Assembly: GCA_015064585.1 (NCBI GenBank)
Contig: SVRY01000007.1
Coordinates: 1-64,000, forward strand
Direction of reading: 5' to 3'
DNA from: Oscillospiraceae bacterium
GTDB lineage: Bacteria; Bacillota; Clostridia; Oscillospirales; CAG-272
Length of the DNA stretch: 64,000 nucleotides
Below the pieces are notes generated by a model that was not told where the DNA came from, did no database searches, and worked only from the letters and a program-made list of their open reading frames with translations. Both the position numbers and the translations under genes were made by a program. Within the stretch, counting starts at the first letter, position 1. Each line of letters starts with the position of its first letter. Below, piece by piece: positions 8,444 to 17,678 of this stretch.

Positions 8444-10678
8444 ATGCTAAATCGCATTCGTCGAGATCCGCTCAGTACCGCCTGCGCTGTATCTGTCATT
8501 GTTGTATTGCTGTGCGCCAAAGCATCCGTCACACAGCTTATCATTACGGGAATTGCCTTTGGAATCATCGGCACACTGCTCATTCTGCTCTCTTTTCTTT
8601 CTATAGGACGCAAACTTCGTCCGATACGAAAGAGTTTCGTATTTTCGATCCTATTCGCACTGATAACGCTTTGGTCATGTTACTATACCGGCCATGTGCG
8701 CAACACACTGCCAAGAGAACTTGTTACCAAAGAAGCCGAGTGCGTAATCAACGGTTATGCCATTGAAGAAGGAAACAACAGCTTATATGGGAACACAAAG
8801 GTAGCTGTCACTGCCGTGAATGGAGAAGAGTGCAGTTTCCGGTTATTGCTTTTGCGCACCCATCTCACCTCACCTGATCCCTACCGTTATTTCACGGCAA
8901 AAATCAGCTTTGATATAGATAAGCTCCCGAATAATTCATATGCAGACGAAAACATTGTATGTTGTGCTTCGGTAACAGAGCTGACTTTGCAAGATAATTA
9001 CGTGCAAACCCCTGCGGCGTTTATGTATCGCGTATCTGCCAATATCAAAAAGCAAATGGACGGCAATTTAAATTCTGATTCTGCCGCAATGGCAAATGCG
9101 CTTTTGCTTGGTCAAAGCGAGGCTTTGCCCGATACACTGATCAGAGATTTCCGTACCCTTGGCATTTCCCATACGCTAGCTGTCAGCGGCATGCACCTCA
9201 CAGTGCTTTTGACAGGCGTGCTTTTGCTGTTGGGAAAACTGCGGGTCAAAAAAGTGCCGCGTATGCTCATCGCCATTGCCGTGATTCTTCTGTATAGCGG
9301 CATTTGCGGTTTCACGCCTTCCATTCTGCGCGCCGCACTGATGTCTATTTGTCTTTTGGTCTCTCATACCGCAGGTGAGCGTGCCATCGGTATACGATCT
9401 CTGCTGCTATCGGTGACAGCCATTTTGATCATTCAACCCTATTTGATCTTCTCTCTTTCTCTTCAGCTTTCAGCACTATCTACCCTTGGTATTCTTCTGC
9501 TGTATCCATTGTTATACAAACAAGCCTCCTCCAAGAAATCCCTGCTATATCGGTTTGGTAAATTCTTATTTGCGCAATACATACTCACCCTTTCCGCCAC
9601 AGTTTTCACTCTGCCTGTCATGTATTACCATTTTGGCAGTGTATCCCTTATTTCGCCCCTTGGTAATATCGTTTTTGTTCCTTTGATCACCGCACTGCTT
9701 TACCTGCTTCCCGTCTTCTATTTCGTAACATTTCTTCCCTTTCTCCCCCGCGCCATTGGCGGTATCATTGAATTTATCTGCGCCGTTATCAAGCAAATCG
9801 GAACGCTTGGCAAATACTGCAAAGACCTGTACTGTCCGATTCCTCCTATTATTTTGATATTGATTGCGCTCATTCTGCTTATGATACCGATTCTTCGCCG
9901 TTTACGCGTCAAACATGCCATTGGCATTTCCATCCTTGCCCTTTCGCTCTCGCTTTGGATCAGCCTTCCCTTCTCTTTAATAGGAAATGCCGAGCTGTCT
10001 TACGGTTACGACGGAAAGCGCGATACACTGCTGATGAAAGACGCAAACAGCGTACTGCTGATCGAAACCGGGAATGCATCGGGACAAAGTGCTTATACCG
10101 CTCTTTCCCAAACTGCAAAAACACTAAATGAAACAGGTATTGATTATTTGCTCTTAACCCATTATCATAATATCACCCCAGCATTTGTCCGATACCTCTC
10201 GGAAAACACCTATTTGGAAACGATCTATCTGCCAAAGCCTGCAAATGAGGAAGAATCATCTCTTGCATCTTCCATTTCGCAAATTGCCGCAAAGCAAAAC
10301 ACCCAAACCGTGTTTTTCGAACAAGAAGAGGTCATATCTGTTTCGGGGTTTGCATTAAAGGTACATACCGAACTGCTTTCCCGTTCCGAGCATCCTGCCC
10401 AAGCCATTGAGATTCGTTATGAAAACAGCCGTGTGCTTGCCGCCGATCCTGCCATCTTTGAACTGGATGGGATTGGTGCAATCGATCTTTCGGGTGTGGA
10501 TCACTTGCTCTTTTTATCCTCTCCTCCCATAGATAAGTATCCTCTGCCGTCCTTTCCAGGACAGCAAAAAGTAAACGCCGTCTATACCGCAAGCGCGCAA
10601 TTTTCCGTCATCGGCTGCCGTTTTGGAAGGTATACCATTCTTTCACCCGATGATCCGCAAATAATAATATGTTTCTAA
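8444..10678 (+). CDS. comEC: DNA internalisation-related competence protein ComEC/Rec2
   Basis: It has a polytopic membrane N-terminus and the competence-domain motif ISHTLAVSGMHLTVLLTGVLL. The C-terminus is a degenerate metallo-beta-lactamase fold (LLIETGNASG...IDYLLLTHYHN). Length is 744 aa. Confidence 0.8.
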   Translation: MLNRIRRDPLSTACAVSVIVVLLCAKASVTQLIITGIAFGIIGTLLILLSFLSIGRKLRPIRKSFVFSILFALITLWSCYYTGHVRNTLPRELVTKEAECVINGYAIEEGNNSLYGNTKVAVTAVNGEECSFRLLLLRTHLTSPDPYRYFTAKISFDIDKLPNNSYADENIVCCASVTELTLQDNYVQTPAAFMYRVSANIKKQMDGNLNSDSAAMANALLLGQSEALPDTLIRDFRTLGISHTLAVSGMHLTVLLTGVLLLLGKLRVKKVPRMLIAIAVILLYSGICGFTPSILRAALMSICLLVSHTAGERAIGIRSLLLSVTAILIIQPYLIFSLSLQLSALSTLGILLLYPLLYKQASSKKSLLYRFGKFLFAQYILTLSATVFTLPVMYYHFGSVSLISPLGNIVFVPLITALLYLLPVFYFVTFLPFLPRAIGGIIEFICAVIKQIGTLGKYCKDLYCPIPPIILILIALILLMIPILRRLRVKHAIGISILALSLSLWISLPFSLIGNAELSYGYDGKRDTLLMKDANSVLLIETGNASGQSAYTALSQTAKTLNETGIDYLLLTHYHNITPAFVRYLSENTYLETIYLPKPANEEESSLASSISQIAAKQNTQTVFFEQEEVISVSGFALKVHTELLSRSEHPAQAIEIRYENSRVLAADPAIFELDGIGAIDLSGVDHLLFLSSPPIDKYPLPSFPGQQKVNAVYTASAQFSVIGCRFGRYTILSPDDPQIIICF

Positions 10679-10682
10679 GATA

Positions 10683-10716
10683 AAACGCTCACGGTCATTC
10701 GACCGCGAGCGTTTTG
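10683..10716. terminator. Bidirectional intrinsic terminator between convergent genes
   Basis: AAAACGCTCACGGTC-ATTC-GACCGCGAGCGTTTT is a perfect long inverted repeat flanked by A/T runs on both sides. Confidence 0.65.
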
Positions 10717-10722
10717 GATTTA

Positions 10723-13320
10723 TCAGTGTTTTTTCTTTTTCAAAATCACCGCGATAACTACCGCGCCAACAATCGCCGCTGCAACTGCGGCTAAACCGAT
10801 CAACAGCACATTTCCCATAGGGCCGTCGAAAGGACCTGTGAAATTATCGGGAGGCAATTCTTTGTCGATATTTTCTTCCGATGTGGGAGCCTTTGGCTTT
10901 TCAATGGTAATTTCCACGGGCTGTTCATAAAGCGTGTAGGTCTCTTCACCCATTTTGGCAGTATAGGAAGCAAGCAGAACAACCTTTCCTTCGTTTTCTC
11001 CAAAGGTCAGTTTTCCGCCTTGGATCTTGACCAGATCCTCGCCCTCCAGAATTTCCAGTTTGCATGCCCCTGTCACATTCATTTCGGCTCTTGCCCAGGT
11101 TGTGGCAGTCACGGTATAGGCAAGTTCACTGCCGGGTTCTACTTTGGTTCCGTCTTCCACAGAAAGAACAATTTTCTTTTTCAACGCACCGATAAAGTTG
11201 CAGTAATTGGTGGTAATACTGCTATGACCGTAGGATAGAAAAGTATAGATCTCAGATTCACTATTGATGGTCCAAGGATTGGTCATCATGCCGCGCAGTA
11301 CCGAAAGACGAGTAAATTCCGCAGTGTAACCGCTACGACTGGGATTATAAGTGGTATTGTATTTCTGAATCGACGAAAGCGGTGCTTTCAGCGCATCGGG
11401 GCCCGATAAACTATTGGTACTGTCGGTAAGATAACCAACCGGCATCTCGGGCAGAACATCCATCAATTCTTCAAAAATACCCGTACGGCTAAATGTAATA
11501 ATATAGCACTGATCGTAAACATCATACTTATCAATCGCTTCCTTCAAAACAGAAACGATCTCGTTCTTAGAGCTCTTGATCTCCACCACAATAATGACAT
11601 CCTTGCCCTTGAACTCCATAAAGAACTCATCCAAAATGGGCATACGGTAATTCTGATCCTCAAAGCCCTTGAATTTCAGTTCCCGCAATTCGGACATTTT
11701 GGAATTTTCAATGGTCAGATTCTTGTCAAACATTGCATCGGTTGTGGCATTATGACAAACTGCCAATTTTCCATCCTTGGTGAGATAAATATCCACCTCA
11801 ATGGCATTGGCTCCATTTTCATAGGCTTCTCTAGCCCCTTCCAAAGAGTTTTCGGGGAAGCTGCCGCCGGGATAACCGCGGTGACCGATATTCAAAGGAA
11901 TACGGGTCATCGTGTTGGCCAAAAGGCGGTTGTTGGCCACACTCCAAACAAGACCACTGTCAGTGGTAATAATACCGTAAGCACCCGACAGCAATTCGGT
12001 CAAAATCCCCGCTTCGGCATCAGTCCCTGCCGATACCAGCCATGTGGTCACTTGATAATTATTCAGCCGATTGATCACTTCGGCATCCGAAAAGCTTGCG
12101 GGAAGCATTGCAATGCGGCAGGGGGCAGTGTTCACCGCTTTACGGATAGCAATCACGGTATCTTCATCGGGGGTCTTATTCTCATATGTTTTGGTCAAAT
12201 CCAATACGCCGCGCAAAAGCGGATATGCATCGCGCACCGCTTTGATAATCGCAGAATCGGCACTTACAACAAAAGCATCCTGCATTTTCACCTCAGTTAC
12301 ATATTCCGTAAGTGCCACGCCTGCCTTGGCATCCAGCGGACGGAATGCGGGTATAATGCCCTCTAATTTTGCTAAAACATCATTGACTGCTCCCATGGAC
12401 GCGCCTGTTTCGTTAAGCACTTCCATTTTTTCATTCACAGAAAAAATAACAGTTGCAGGCAGAATTTCCGCATCGGCATATTTATTCAACTGTTCTTCGC
12501 TCTTCAATTCTTCAATCAAGGCAATGTCGCCGATAATGTTGGTTTGGGGCTGCTTCACATCCACAAAAGGCATGGGCGGAACATAATTTTCATCAAAATT
12601 CTTATCCGCCTTGGCATTCTGCATTACTTCTGCTTCGGTTAAGGCGCGGTTATAAAAACGCATTCCCTTAAAATCCGTTGTATGCAGCTTGGTAGATCCC
12701 GCATGTCCGAAAATCAGATTGCCGTCCGCACCCACAGCTTTCGTGACGCTGGTCTTGCCAATTTGTACGCCATCCACATACAAAGTACAAGACTTGCCTA
12801 CCTCAAATGTAACGGTAATAGTGGAATTTGCAAAGTATTCCTTTCCGCCCGGCACTTTGGGACGAGCGTTGGTATTGGTTTTAACTTCGATGTAATCCCC
12901 TGCATTGCGCAAAAACAACGCAAAATTGTCATTTTTATCGTTACACATAAGTGTAGAATACGAGCTTCCCTGCGGAATGAATTCTCCGATAACCAGTTCC
13001 ACGGTAAAAGCGTTTCCGTTGATCACATCCAACAGTGCTTTAGGCATGGTGAACTGCTTTTTCGAAACATGAAATGCTGTCTCGGTAAAATAAGCGGAAG
13101 CATTTTTGGCAACGGTAATATCATTGGAGCCCGCCAGATCCTCCCATACCGTGGCATTGGCATCATGACCTTTACGTGTGTTCATGTTGCCGTCATATCG
13201 GGAAACCAATCCCTGCGTTACTAACTTTTGCGTTTCCTCAGCTCCGGAAGTAAATACAACCCCCGGAATCAGTGAAACGACCATCAAAATCGCAATTAAA
13301 ACCGATAAAGCTCTTTTCAT
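10723..13320 (-). CDS. Cell-surface glycerophosphodiester phosphodiesterase (GDPD) family protein with an N-terminal lectin/LamG-like region and a C-terminal TM anchor
   Basis: The signal peptide is MKRALSVLIAILMVVSLIPGVVFTSGA. The GDPD catalytic motif is IGHRGYPGGSFPENSLEGAREAYENGANAIEVDIYLTKDGKLAVCHN. The C-terminal hydrophobic anchor is LLIGLAAVAAAIVGAVVIAVILKKKKH. Confidence 0.8.
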   Translation of the reverse strand: MKRALSVLIAILMVVSLIPGVVFTSGAEETQKLVTQGLVSRYDGNMNTRKGHDANATVWEDLAGSNDITVAKNASAYFTETAFHVSKKQFTMPKALLDVINGNAFTVELVIGEFIPQGSSYSTLMCNDKNDNFALFLRNAGDYIEVKTNTNARPKVPGGKEYFANSTITVTFEVGKSCTLYVDGVQIGKTSVTKAVGADGNLIFGHAGSTKLHTTDFKGMRFYNRALTEAEVMQNAKADKNFDENYVPPMPFVDVKQPQTNIIGDIALIEELKSEEQLNKYADAEILPATVIFSVNEKMEVLNETGASMGAVNDVLAKLEGIIPAFRPLDAKAGVALTEYVTEVKMQDAFVVSADSAIIKAVRDAYPLLRGVLDLTKTYENKTPDEDTVIAIRKAVNTAPCRIAMLPASFSDAEVINRLNNYQVTTWLVSAGTDAEAGILTELLSGAYGIITTDSGLVWSVANNRLLANTMTRIPLNIGHRGYPGGSFPENSLEGAREAYENGANAIEVDIYLTKDGKLAVCHNATTDAMFDKNLTIENSKMSELRELKFKGFEDQNYRMPILDEFFMEFKGKDVIIVVEIKSSKNEIVSVLKEAIDKYDVYDQCYIITFSRTGIFEELMDVLPEMPVGYLTDSTNSLSGPDALKAPLSSIQKYNTTYNPSRSGYTAEFTRLSVLRGMMTNPWTINSESEIYTFLSYGHSSITTNYCNFIGALKKKIVLSVEDGTKVEPGSELAYTVTATTWARAEMNVTGACKLEILEGEDLVKIQGGKLTFGENEGKVVLLASYTAKMGEETYTLYEQPVEITIEKPKAPTSEENIDKELPPDNFTGPFDGPMGNVLLIGLAAVAAAIVGAVVIAVILKKKKH

Positions 13321-13504
13321 TGTCCAATTCTCCTTTCAAGCTTATCCAATTCATTTTCTTTATTGTAGCAAAACTTTTTAAAAATCGCAACCCCTCCCAA
13401 AAAGGAATCTGATTTTTGGGAATATATACAAATATACGCTCTATAATCTAGTTAAAAACACCATACAAAAAGCAGATGCCCCAATTTACATCTGCGTTTT
13501 GTAT

Positions 13505-15424
13505 TCATCTTCTGTCGGGACGCATACCGCCGCCGCTTGGGGGGGGCATACCGCCGCCCATGCCGCTTCCTGATTCGAAAATCAAAGAGGTCATTTCCAC
13601 AGTTGCAATCTTATTACCGCCCAAAAGAGTACTATTTTCAGCAAACCCATTGCCGTTTGCATGATCAACACTTCCCCCCGTGTATATCGTATAGGTGCCT
13701 CCTTGCACAATACCCGGTGCGGTGATCACTGCACACTGATAAGACTTAGGCGGCGTAAAAGACGCAATGACTTTACCATTTGCATCACACACCGCAATAT
13801 TAGTCCACGCCGAACATGACCCTGTGCTGACCAACACAGATCCCTGCCCTGTGGCGCTGCGGAAGTTTTCTGCCATACCCATAGAACCTACAGCGATCAA
13901 AACACCGCCGCTGACATTGGCACTGCAACCTTCGCCATAGTCAAGCGCACCGTTTCCGCTGTTGGTAGGGCCGGATACCAACACAATACCGCCCGTGAAA
14001 TCGAAATTTCCATTAGAATCTAAACCGTCTCCACCGGCATTTACGAACAAATACCCGCCGCTGATCTGCAGATATGCTTCGCTGCCGCCCATTCCGCCCA
14101 TCATTCCGCCAAAACCACCCATAGAACCGTTGCCATCCGAAGCGTTTAAGCCGTCATCCACGGAAACAAGCGAGATATTTCCGCCCTTGATATAGATCTT
14201 ATACGCTTCCAATCCTTCATAGCTCTTAGAAATCGAAAGGCTTCCGCCCGCAATTTCAAGCATACTTTCGGCGTGAATACCATCATCACCCGAAGCAATT
14301 TGCACTTCTCCGTCACCCATACCCACATCGGAATCAGAATGTATACCGTCATCATAGGCATCAATTTGCAATATTCCGCCGTTTATTAGCACCGTAGCAC
14401 TGCATTTCAGCCCCTTACAGCTGATTCCATCAGTGGCGCTATTTGTGTTATTTCCGCCGGGTCTGAATCCGCCGCCCATCATATCATTTCCTTGATTTTG
14501 GGGTGCGGCATCGGCTCCTCCGCCTGTTTTCAGCATGAATTCGCCGCCGCTGATCTGTAACAGCGTTTCAGCTTGTATGGCATCGCCCTTAGCGTTTACC
14601 GTTATATTTCCGCTTTCCACATACACAAATCCTCTTGCCGCATCCTCTGTATTGGTGGATCGGATACCATCGCCCGAAGATTCAATAATCAGTGTCATTT
14701 CCCGAATCTTCACACAGTCTTTTCCTTCTGCGCCTACACCCTGCGCGTTGATCATTACACTGCCACTGTCCGAGAATATCAGATCGTCTTTAGACACAAT
14801 ACCATGCTTGTTATTGCCATTTACGGTAAGTTTCCCGCTTCCGTTAATCGTCATATCCGCGCGGCTGAAAACAGCGCCGTCCACATTGGATTCACCTATG
14901 GTCTCTGTATAGGAACCGCCATCGGAAATAGTGTTTTCACTTTCCTCTGCCAGGGTTAAAAACACCTTATCCCCTTCACGAATAAGCAAAGCCGCACCGC
15001 TTTGGCAAGTAAGATTCAGACCGTTCAAAACCAGTTTTGCCTTTTCATTTTCGCCAATATTCACTGTAATTTTGCCGTCAGCGCATTTGCCCGATAGAAT
15101 ATACGTTCCGGCGGATATAATCGAAAGCTGTGTTCCGTTCGACAAAGCACCCTCACCGCTTATTGTAATGCCGCTATCGGAAAACACAACTGCCACAGCA
15201 TCGCTGTCATAAGAATCGTCGCTGTCTTCACCTGAAAAATCAAGATCAAGCGAAGGGATCGTTACCTTCTCAACCTCCCCGGGCTGTGCACCGTTTTGAC
15301 TTTCCCCTGTCGCTTTATCTTCTCCTTTCGCGGAAGAAGCGGTATTGTTTTTCTTTTTACAAGAAACAGCAGATAATAGCAATATAAAACAAAGAAATAT
15401 ACTCAAAATTCTTTTCATTATCAA
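13505..15424 (-). CDS. Lipoprotein with parallel beta-helix repeats (Cthe_2159-like carbohydrate-binding family, tentative) and a G/M/P-rich C-terminal tail
   Basis: The lipobox is LLLSAVSCKK. GDG and GGG-containing beta-helix-like segments recur. The C-terminus is GMGGGMPPPSGGGMRPDRR. A hairpin terminator follows on the minus strand at 13470-13500. Confidence 0.6.
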   Translation of the reverse strand: MIMKRILSIFLCFILLLSAVSCKKKNNTASSAKGEDKATGESQNGAQPGEVEKVTIPSLDLDFSGEDSDDSYDSDAVAVVFSDSGITISGEGALSNGTQLSIISAGTYILSGKCADGKITVNIGENEKAKLVLNGLNLTCQSGAALLIREGDKVFLTLAEESENTISDGGSYTETIGESNVDGAVFSRADMTINGSGKLTVNGNNKHGIVSKDDLIFSDSGSVMINAQGVGAEGKDCVKIREMTLIIESSGDGIRSTNTEDAARGFVYVESGNITVNAKGDAIQAETLLQISGGEFMLKTGGGADAAPQNQGNDMMGGGFRPGGNNTNSATDGISCKGLKCSATVLINGGILQIDAYDDGIHSDSDVGMGDGEVQIASGDDGIHAESMLEIAGGSLSISKSYEGLEAYKIYIKGGNISLVSVDDGLNASDGNGSMGGFGGMMGGMGGSEAYLQISGGYLFVNAGGDGLDSNGNFDFTGGIVLVSGPTNSGNGALDYGEGCSANVSGGVLIAVGSMGMAENFRSATGQGSVLVSTGSCSAWTNIAVCDANGKVIASFTPPKSYQCAVITAPGIVQGGTYTIYTGGSVDHANGNGFAENSTLLGGNKIATVEMTSLIFESGSGMGGGMPPPSGGGMRPDRR

Positions 15425-15538
15425 TACTCCCTTCTTTGTTCATCTTTGATACTGACAGTATACACCTTTACCGTGTTTTTCACTTGTTATAAAAATGATT
15501 TTTTGGTGAATATTTAAAAGTTTTTTTAAAAAAAGTAT

Positions 15539-15566
15539 TGACAATCGTCCTCTCATTGTGTATAAT
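15539..15566 (+). promoter_or_regulatory. Promoter for tRNA-Leu: TTGACA (15539-15544), 16-bp spacer, extended -10 TGTGTATAAT (15557-15566)
   Basis: Consensus elements are read directly 25 nt upstream of the tRNA. Confidence 0.55.
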
Positions 15567-15590
15567 ATCCGTGTTGTCAAAACAACATTT

Positions 15591-15675
15591 GCGAGAGTGG
15601 CGGAACTGGCAGACGCGCACGTTTGAGGGGCGTGTGGTTTACACCGTACGGGTTCAAGTCCCGTTTCTCGCACCA
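15591..15675 (+). tRNA. tRNA-Leu, anticodon GAG, class II with a long variable arm and an encoded CCA
   Basis: It folds by hand into a cloverleaf. The acceptor stem is GCGAGAG/TTCTCGC. The D-stem is GCG/CGC. The anticodon stem is CACGT/GCGTG around the loop TT-GAG-GG. The T-arm is ACGGG-TTCAAGT-CCCGT. The discriminator is A and the 3' end is CCA. Confidence 0.85.
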
Positions 15676-16272
15676 TGAAATGAAAAAAGAGCACAAAGTG
15701 CTCTTTTTTCATTTCATCGTACAAGTCAATGACGCAGAGCCCCTAAAATCCGCAGGATTTTTTGCGTTTTGCGCTTTTTAAAAACAAAATAAACCAATCG
15801 GCATTTGCGCAAAACAGGGTTCAAAGTCCCGTTTCCTCAGCGCACAAAGTGCTCTTTTTTCATTTCATCGTACAAGTCAATGACGCAGAGCCCCTAAAAT
15901 CCGCAAGGATTTTTTGCGTTTTGCGCTTTTTAAAAACAAAATAAACCAATCGGCATTTGCGCAAAACAGGGTTCAAAGTCCCGTTTCCTCAGCGCACAAA
16001 GTGCTCTTTTTTCATTTCATCGTACAAGTCAATGACGCAGAGCCCCTAAAATCCGCAAGGATTTTTTGCGTTTTGCGCTTTTTAAAAACAAAATAAACCA
16101 ATCGGCATTTGCGCAAAACAGGGTTCAAAGTCCCGTTTCCTCAGCGCACAAAGTGCTCTTTTTTCATTTCATCGTACAAATCCGTGGCGCAGAGCCCCTA
16201 AAATCCGCAGGATTTTTTGCGTTTTGCGCCTTCTGAAAATGAATAAACCGATGAAACTCAAATGCATTTCAC
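15650..16272 (+). repeat. Tandem array of four direct repeats. Unit 1 is 167 bp and contains the true tRNA 3' end. Units 2-4 are 152 bp. Each begins with a degenerate copy of the tRNA-Leu T-arm/acceptor 3' segment followed by hairpin/T-run modules
   Basis: Unit starts are about 15650, 15817, 15969 and 16121. Units 2-4 are near-identical; ORFs 15762..15944 and 15914..16096 translate identically. GGGTTCAAAGTCCCGTTTCCTCAGCGCAC in the units matches GGGTTCAAGTCCCGTTTCTCGCACCA in the tRNA. Unit 1 carries a perfect 18-bp inverted repeat terminator, GAAATGAAAAAAGAGCAC/GTGCTCTTTTTTCATTTC. Confidence 0.8.
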
Positions 16273-16293
16273 CTACTGTTGGAGGAAACCAAA

Positions 16294-16761
16294 ATGAAAT
16301 ATGATTGGATCGATTACAATTCAGCATACGAAGAAACTGTTGATTCTTGGCTTGACGAGGATGCAAAGCGTTTCACAGGATGCGATGAAGGATTTGAGGA
16401 ATATTATCAATACTGGGTGAACGATGCCGATACGAAGCTTGGCGAGAATTTTTGGGCAAAGATTATTATAGCCGATGCTGAACCCATAGGGATTGTTACA
16501 CTTGGACTATGGGAAAATGTTTTCACTATATCGGAGTTTATTATCCGTCCCGATAGACGCGGCAAGCAATTTGGATCATCAGCTCTTGCAGAATTGATTG
16601 CTCACTCAAAAGATATTATCGGAGTTAAGATTCAAGAGGCGAAGGCAGTAATATTTCCCAATAACATTCCTTCACAAAAAGCATTTGAAAAAGCAGGGTT
16701 TACATTCCACTATGAACATCCCGATGGGGATGCGTGGTACTATAGATATCAAAAAGCTTGA
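16294..16761 (+). CDS. GNAT-family N-acetyltransferase
   Basis: A GGAGG RBS lies 8 nt before the ATG at 16294. The acetyl-CoA-binding motif is RPDRRGKQFGSSALAEL. Length is about 155 aa. Confidence 0.75.
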   Translation: MKYDWIDYNSAYEETVDSWLDEDAKRFTGCDEGFEEYYQYWVNDADTKLGENFWAKIIIADAEPIGIVTLGLWENVFTISEFIIRPDRRGKQFGSSALAELIAHSKDIIGVKIQEAKAVIFPNNIPSQKAFEKAGFTFHYEHPDGDAWYYRYQKA

Positions 16762-16783
16762 AACATCCCAAGATAAGGAGATT

Positions 16784-17662
16784 ATGTATATGCTAAACGC
16801 AGATCAGATTACAATTTCTAATATTCCGGAAATATCGGCAATCTACTTTGCGCTGCTGCAAAGCGGATATGACTATTATGCTATGGAGCGAAGCCGGAAA
16901 CATATTTCATATATTCAAGGGTATATTAGCGCTGATAATTCCACTCCTTTTTTCGCAAAGGTAAAGCAGAACACCTGCGAAGTTTATCCATATTGGCCCC
17001 GTGCTGCAATTTTGGAAACAACCTCGTTTTATTTATCGCCAGATCGTTCACACATCCGAGACTATGATGCATTACGCAATCAAATTATGAATGCTACCAA
17101 CATTGCAGACCGTGAGCGAGATCAAAAATTGTGGAATTGGATAACAGGCTTTCCAACAGCACTCTCCGAAGTTTTAGCCTGTGATGCTTTCAAGAATTAT
17201 TTTGAATGGGAACAGAAATGGCTTGCCACACAAAATACTAAGCATGAGGCAGCGCTTCGGGTAATTGAAAACTGCTTGGATATGTGCGTCACCAAGTACG
17301 GCTCCCCAGTGCAGAATATTCGGATTGTCATTAATCCGATCAAGTGCGTTTACTCTGCAGACTTTCACATGGTCGGAAACAGTTTTATTTTCTGTTCCGG
17401 TATGTTCAGAACAGAGTCTGTAATACATGAGTTTTTGCACCATGTTGTCCATCCCGCCGTCATAGATATTGCTGATATTGTTGCGACAGCCAAACGTATA
17501 TATCCAGGCATTGATGAATCCTATTATTTATCCGGTGATAATGCGGGCAGACTGAATGCTTTTGAGGAATATGCAGTTCGTGTTCTGACAGCCGATGTAA
17601 TGAATAACAAATTTCCCGATGATCTTATTTCTTACTTGAAAGATTTGGTATTATCACAATGA
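16784..17662 (+). CDS. Hypothetical protein with an HExxH (HEFLHH) zinc-metallopeptidase-like motif
   Basis: An AAGGAG RBS precedes the ATG at 16784; the longer track ORF would overlap the GNAT gene. The only recognisable motif is SVIHEFLHHVVHP. Confidence 0.55.
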   Translation: MYMLNADQITISNIPEISAIYFALLQSGYDYYAMERSRKHISYIQGYISADNSTPFFAKVKQNTCEVYPYWPRAAILETTSFYLSPDRSHIRDYDALRNQIMNATNIADRERDQKLWNWITGFPTALSEVLACDAFKNYFEWEQKWLATQNTKHEAALRVIENCLDMCVTKYGSPVQNIRIVINPIKCVYSADFHMVGNSFIFCSGMFRTESVIHEFLHHVVHPAVIDIADIVATAKRIYPGIDESYYLSGDNAGRLNAFEEYAVRVLTADVMNNKFPDDLISYLKDLVLSQ

Positions 17663-17678
17663 AAAGAACGGTGGCGAT

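Noticed and set aside
15762-16096. Two ORFs (15762..15944 and 15914..16096) that translate to identical 60-aa proteins
   Set aside because: They are artefacts of the 152-bp tandem DNA repeat, since the same DNA is read twice. They have no RBS and their composition is noncoding-like. They are reported as part of the repeat array instead.
15650-16272. Possible CRISPR array, considered because of the regular repeats
   Set aside because: The units are 152 bp with near-identical intervening sequence, so there are no variable spacers. There are no short 24-48-bp palindromic repeats and no cas genes. It is a tandem duplication, not a CRISPR.
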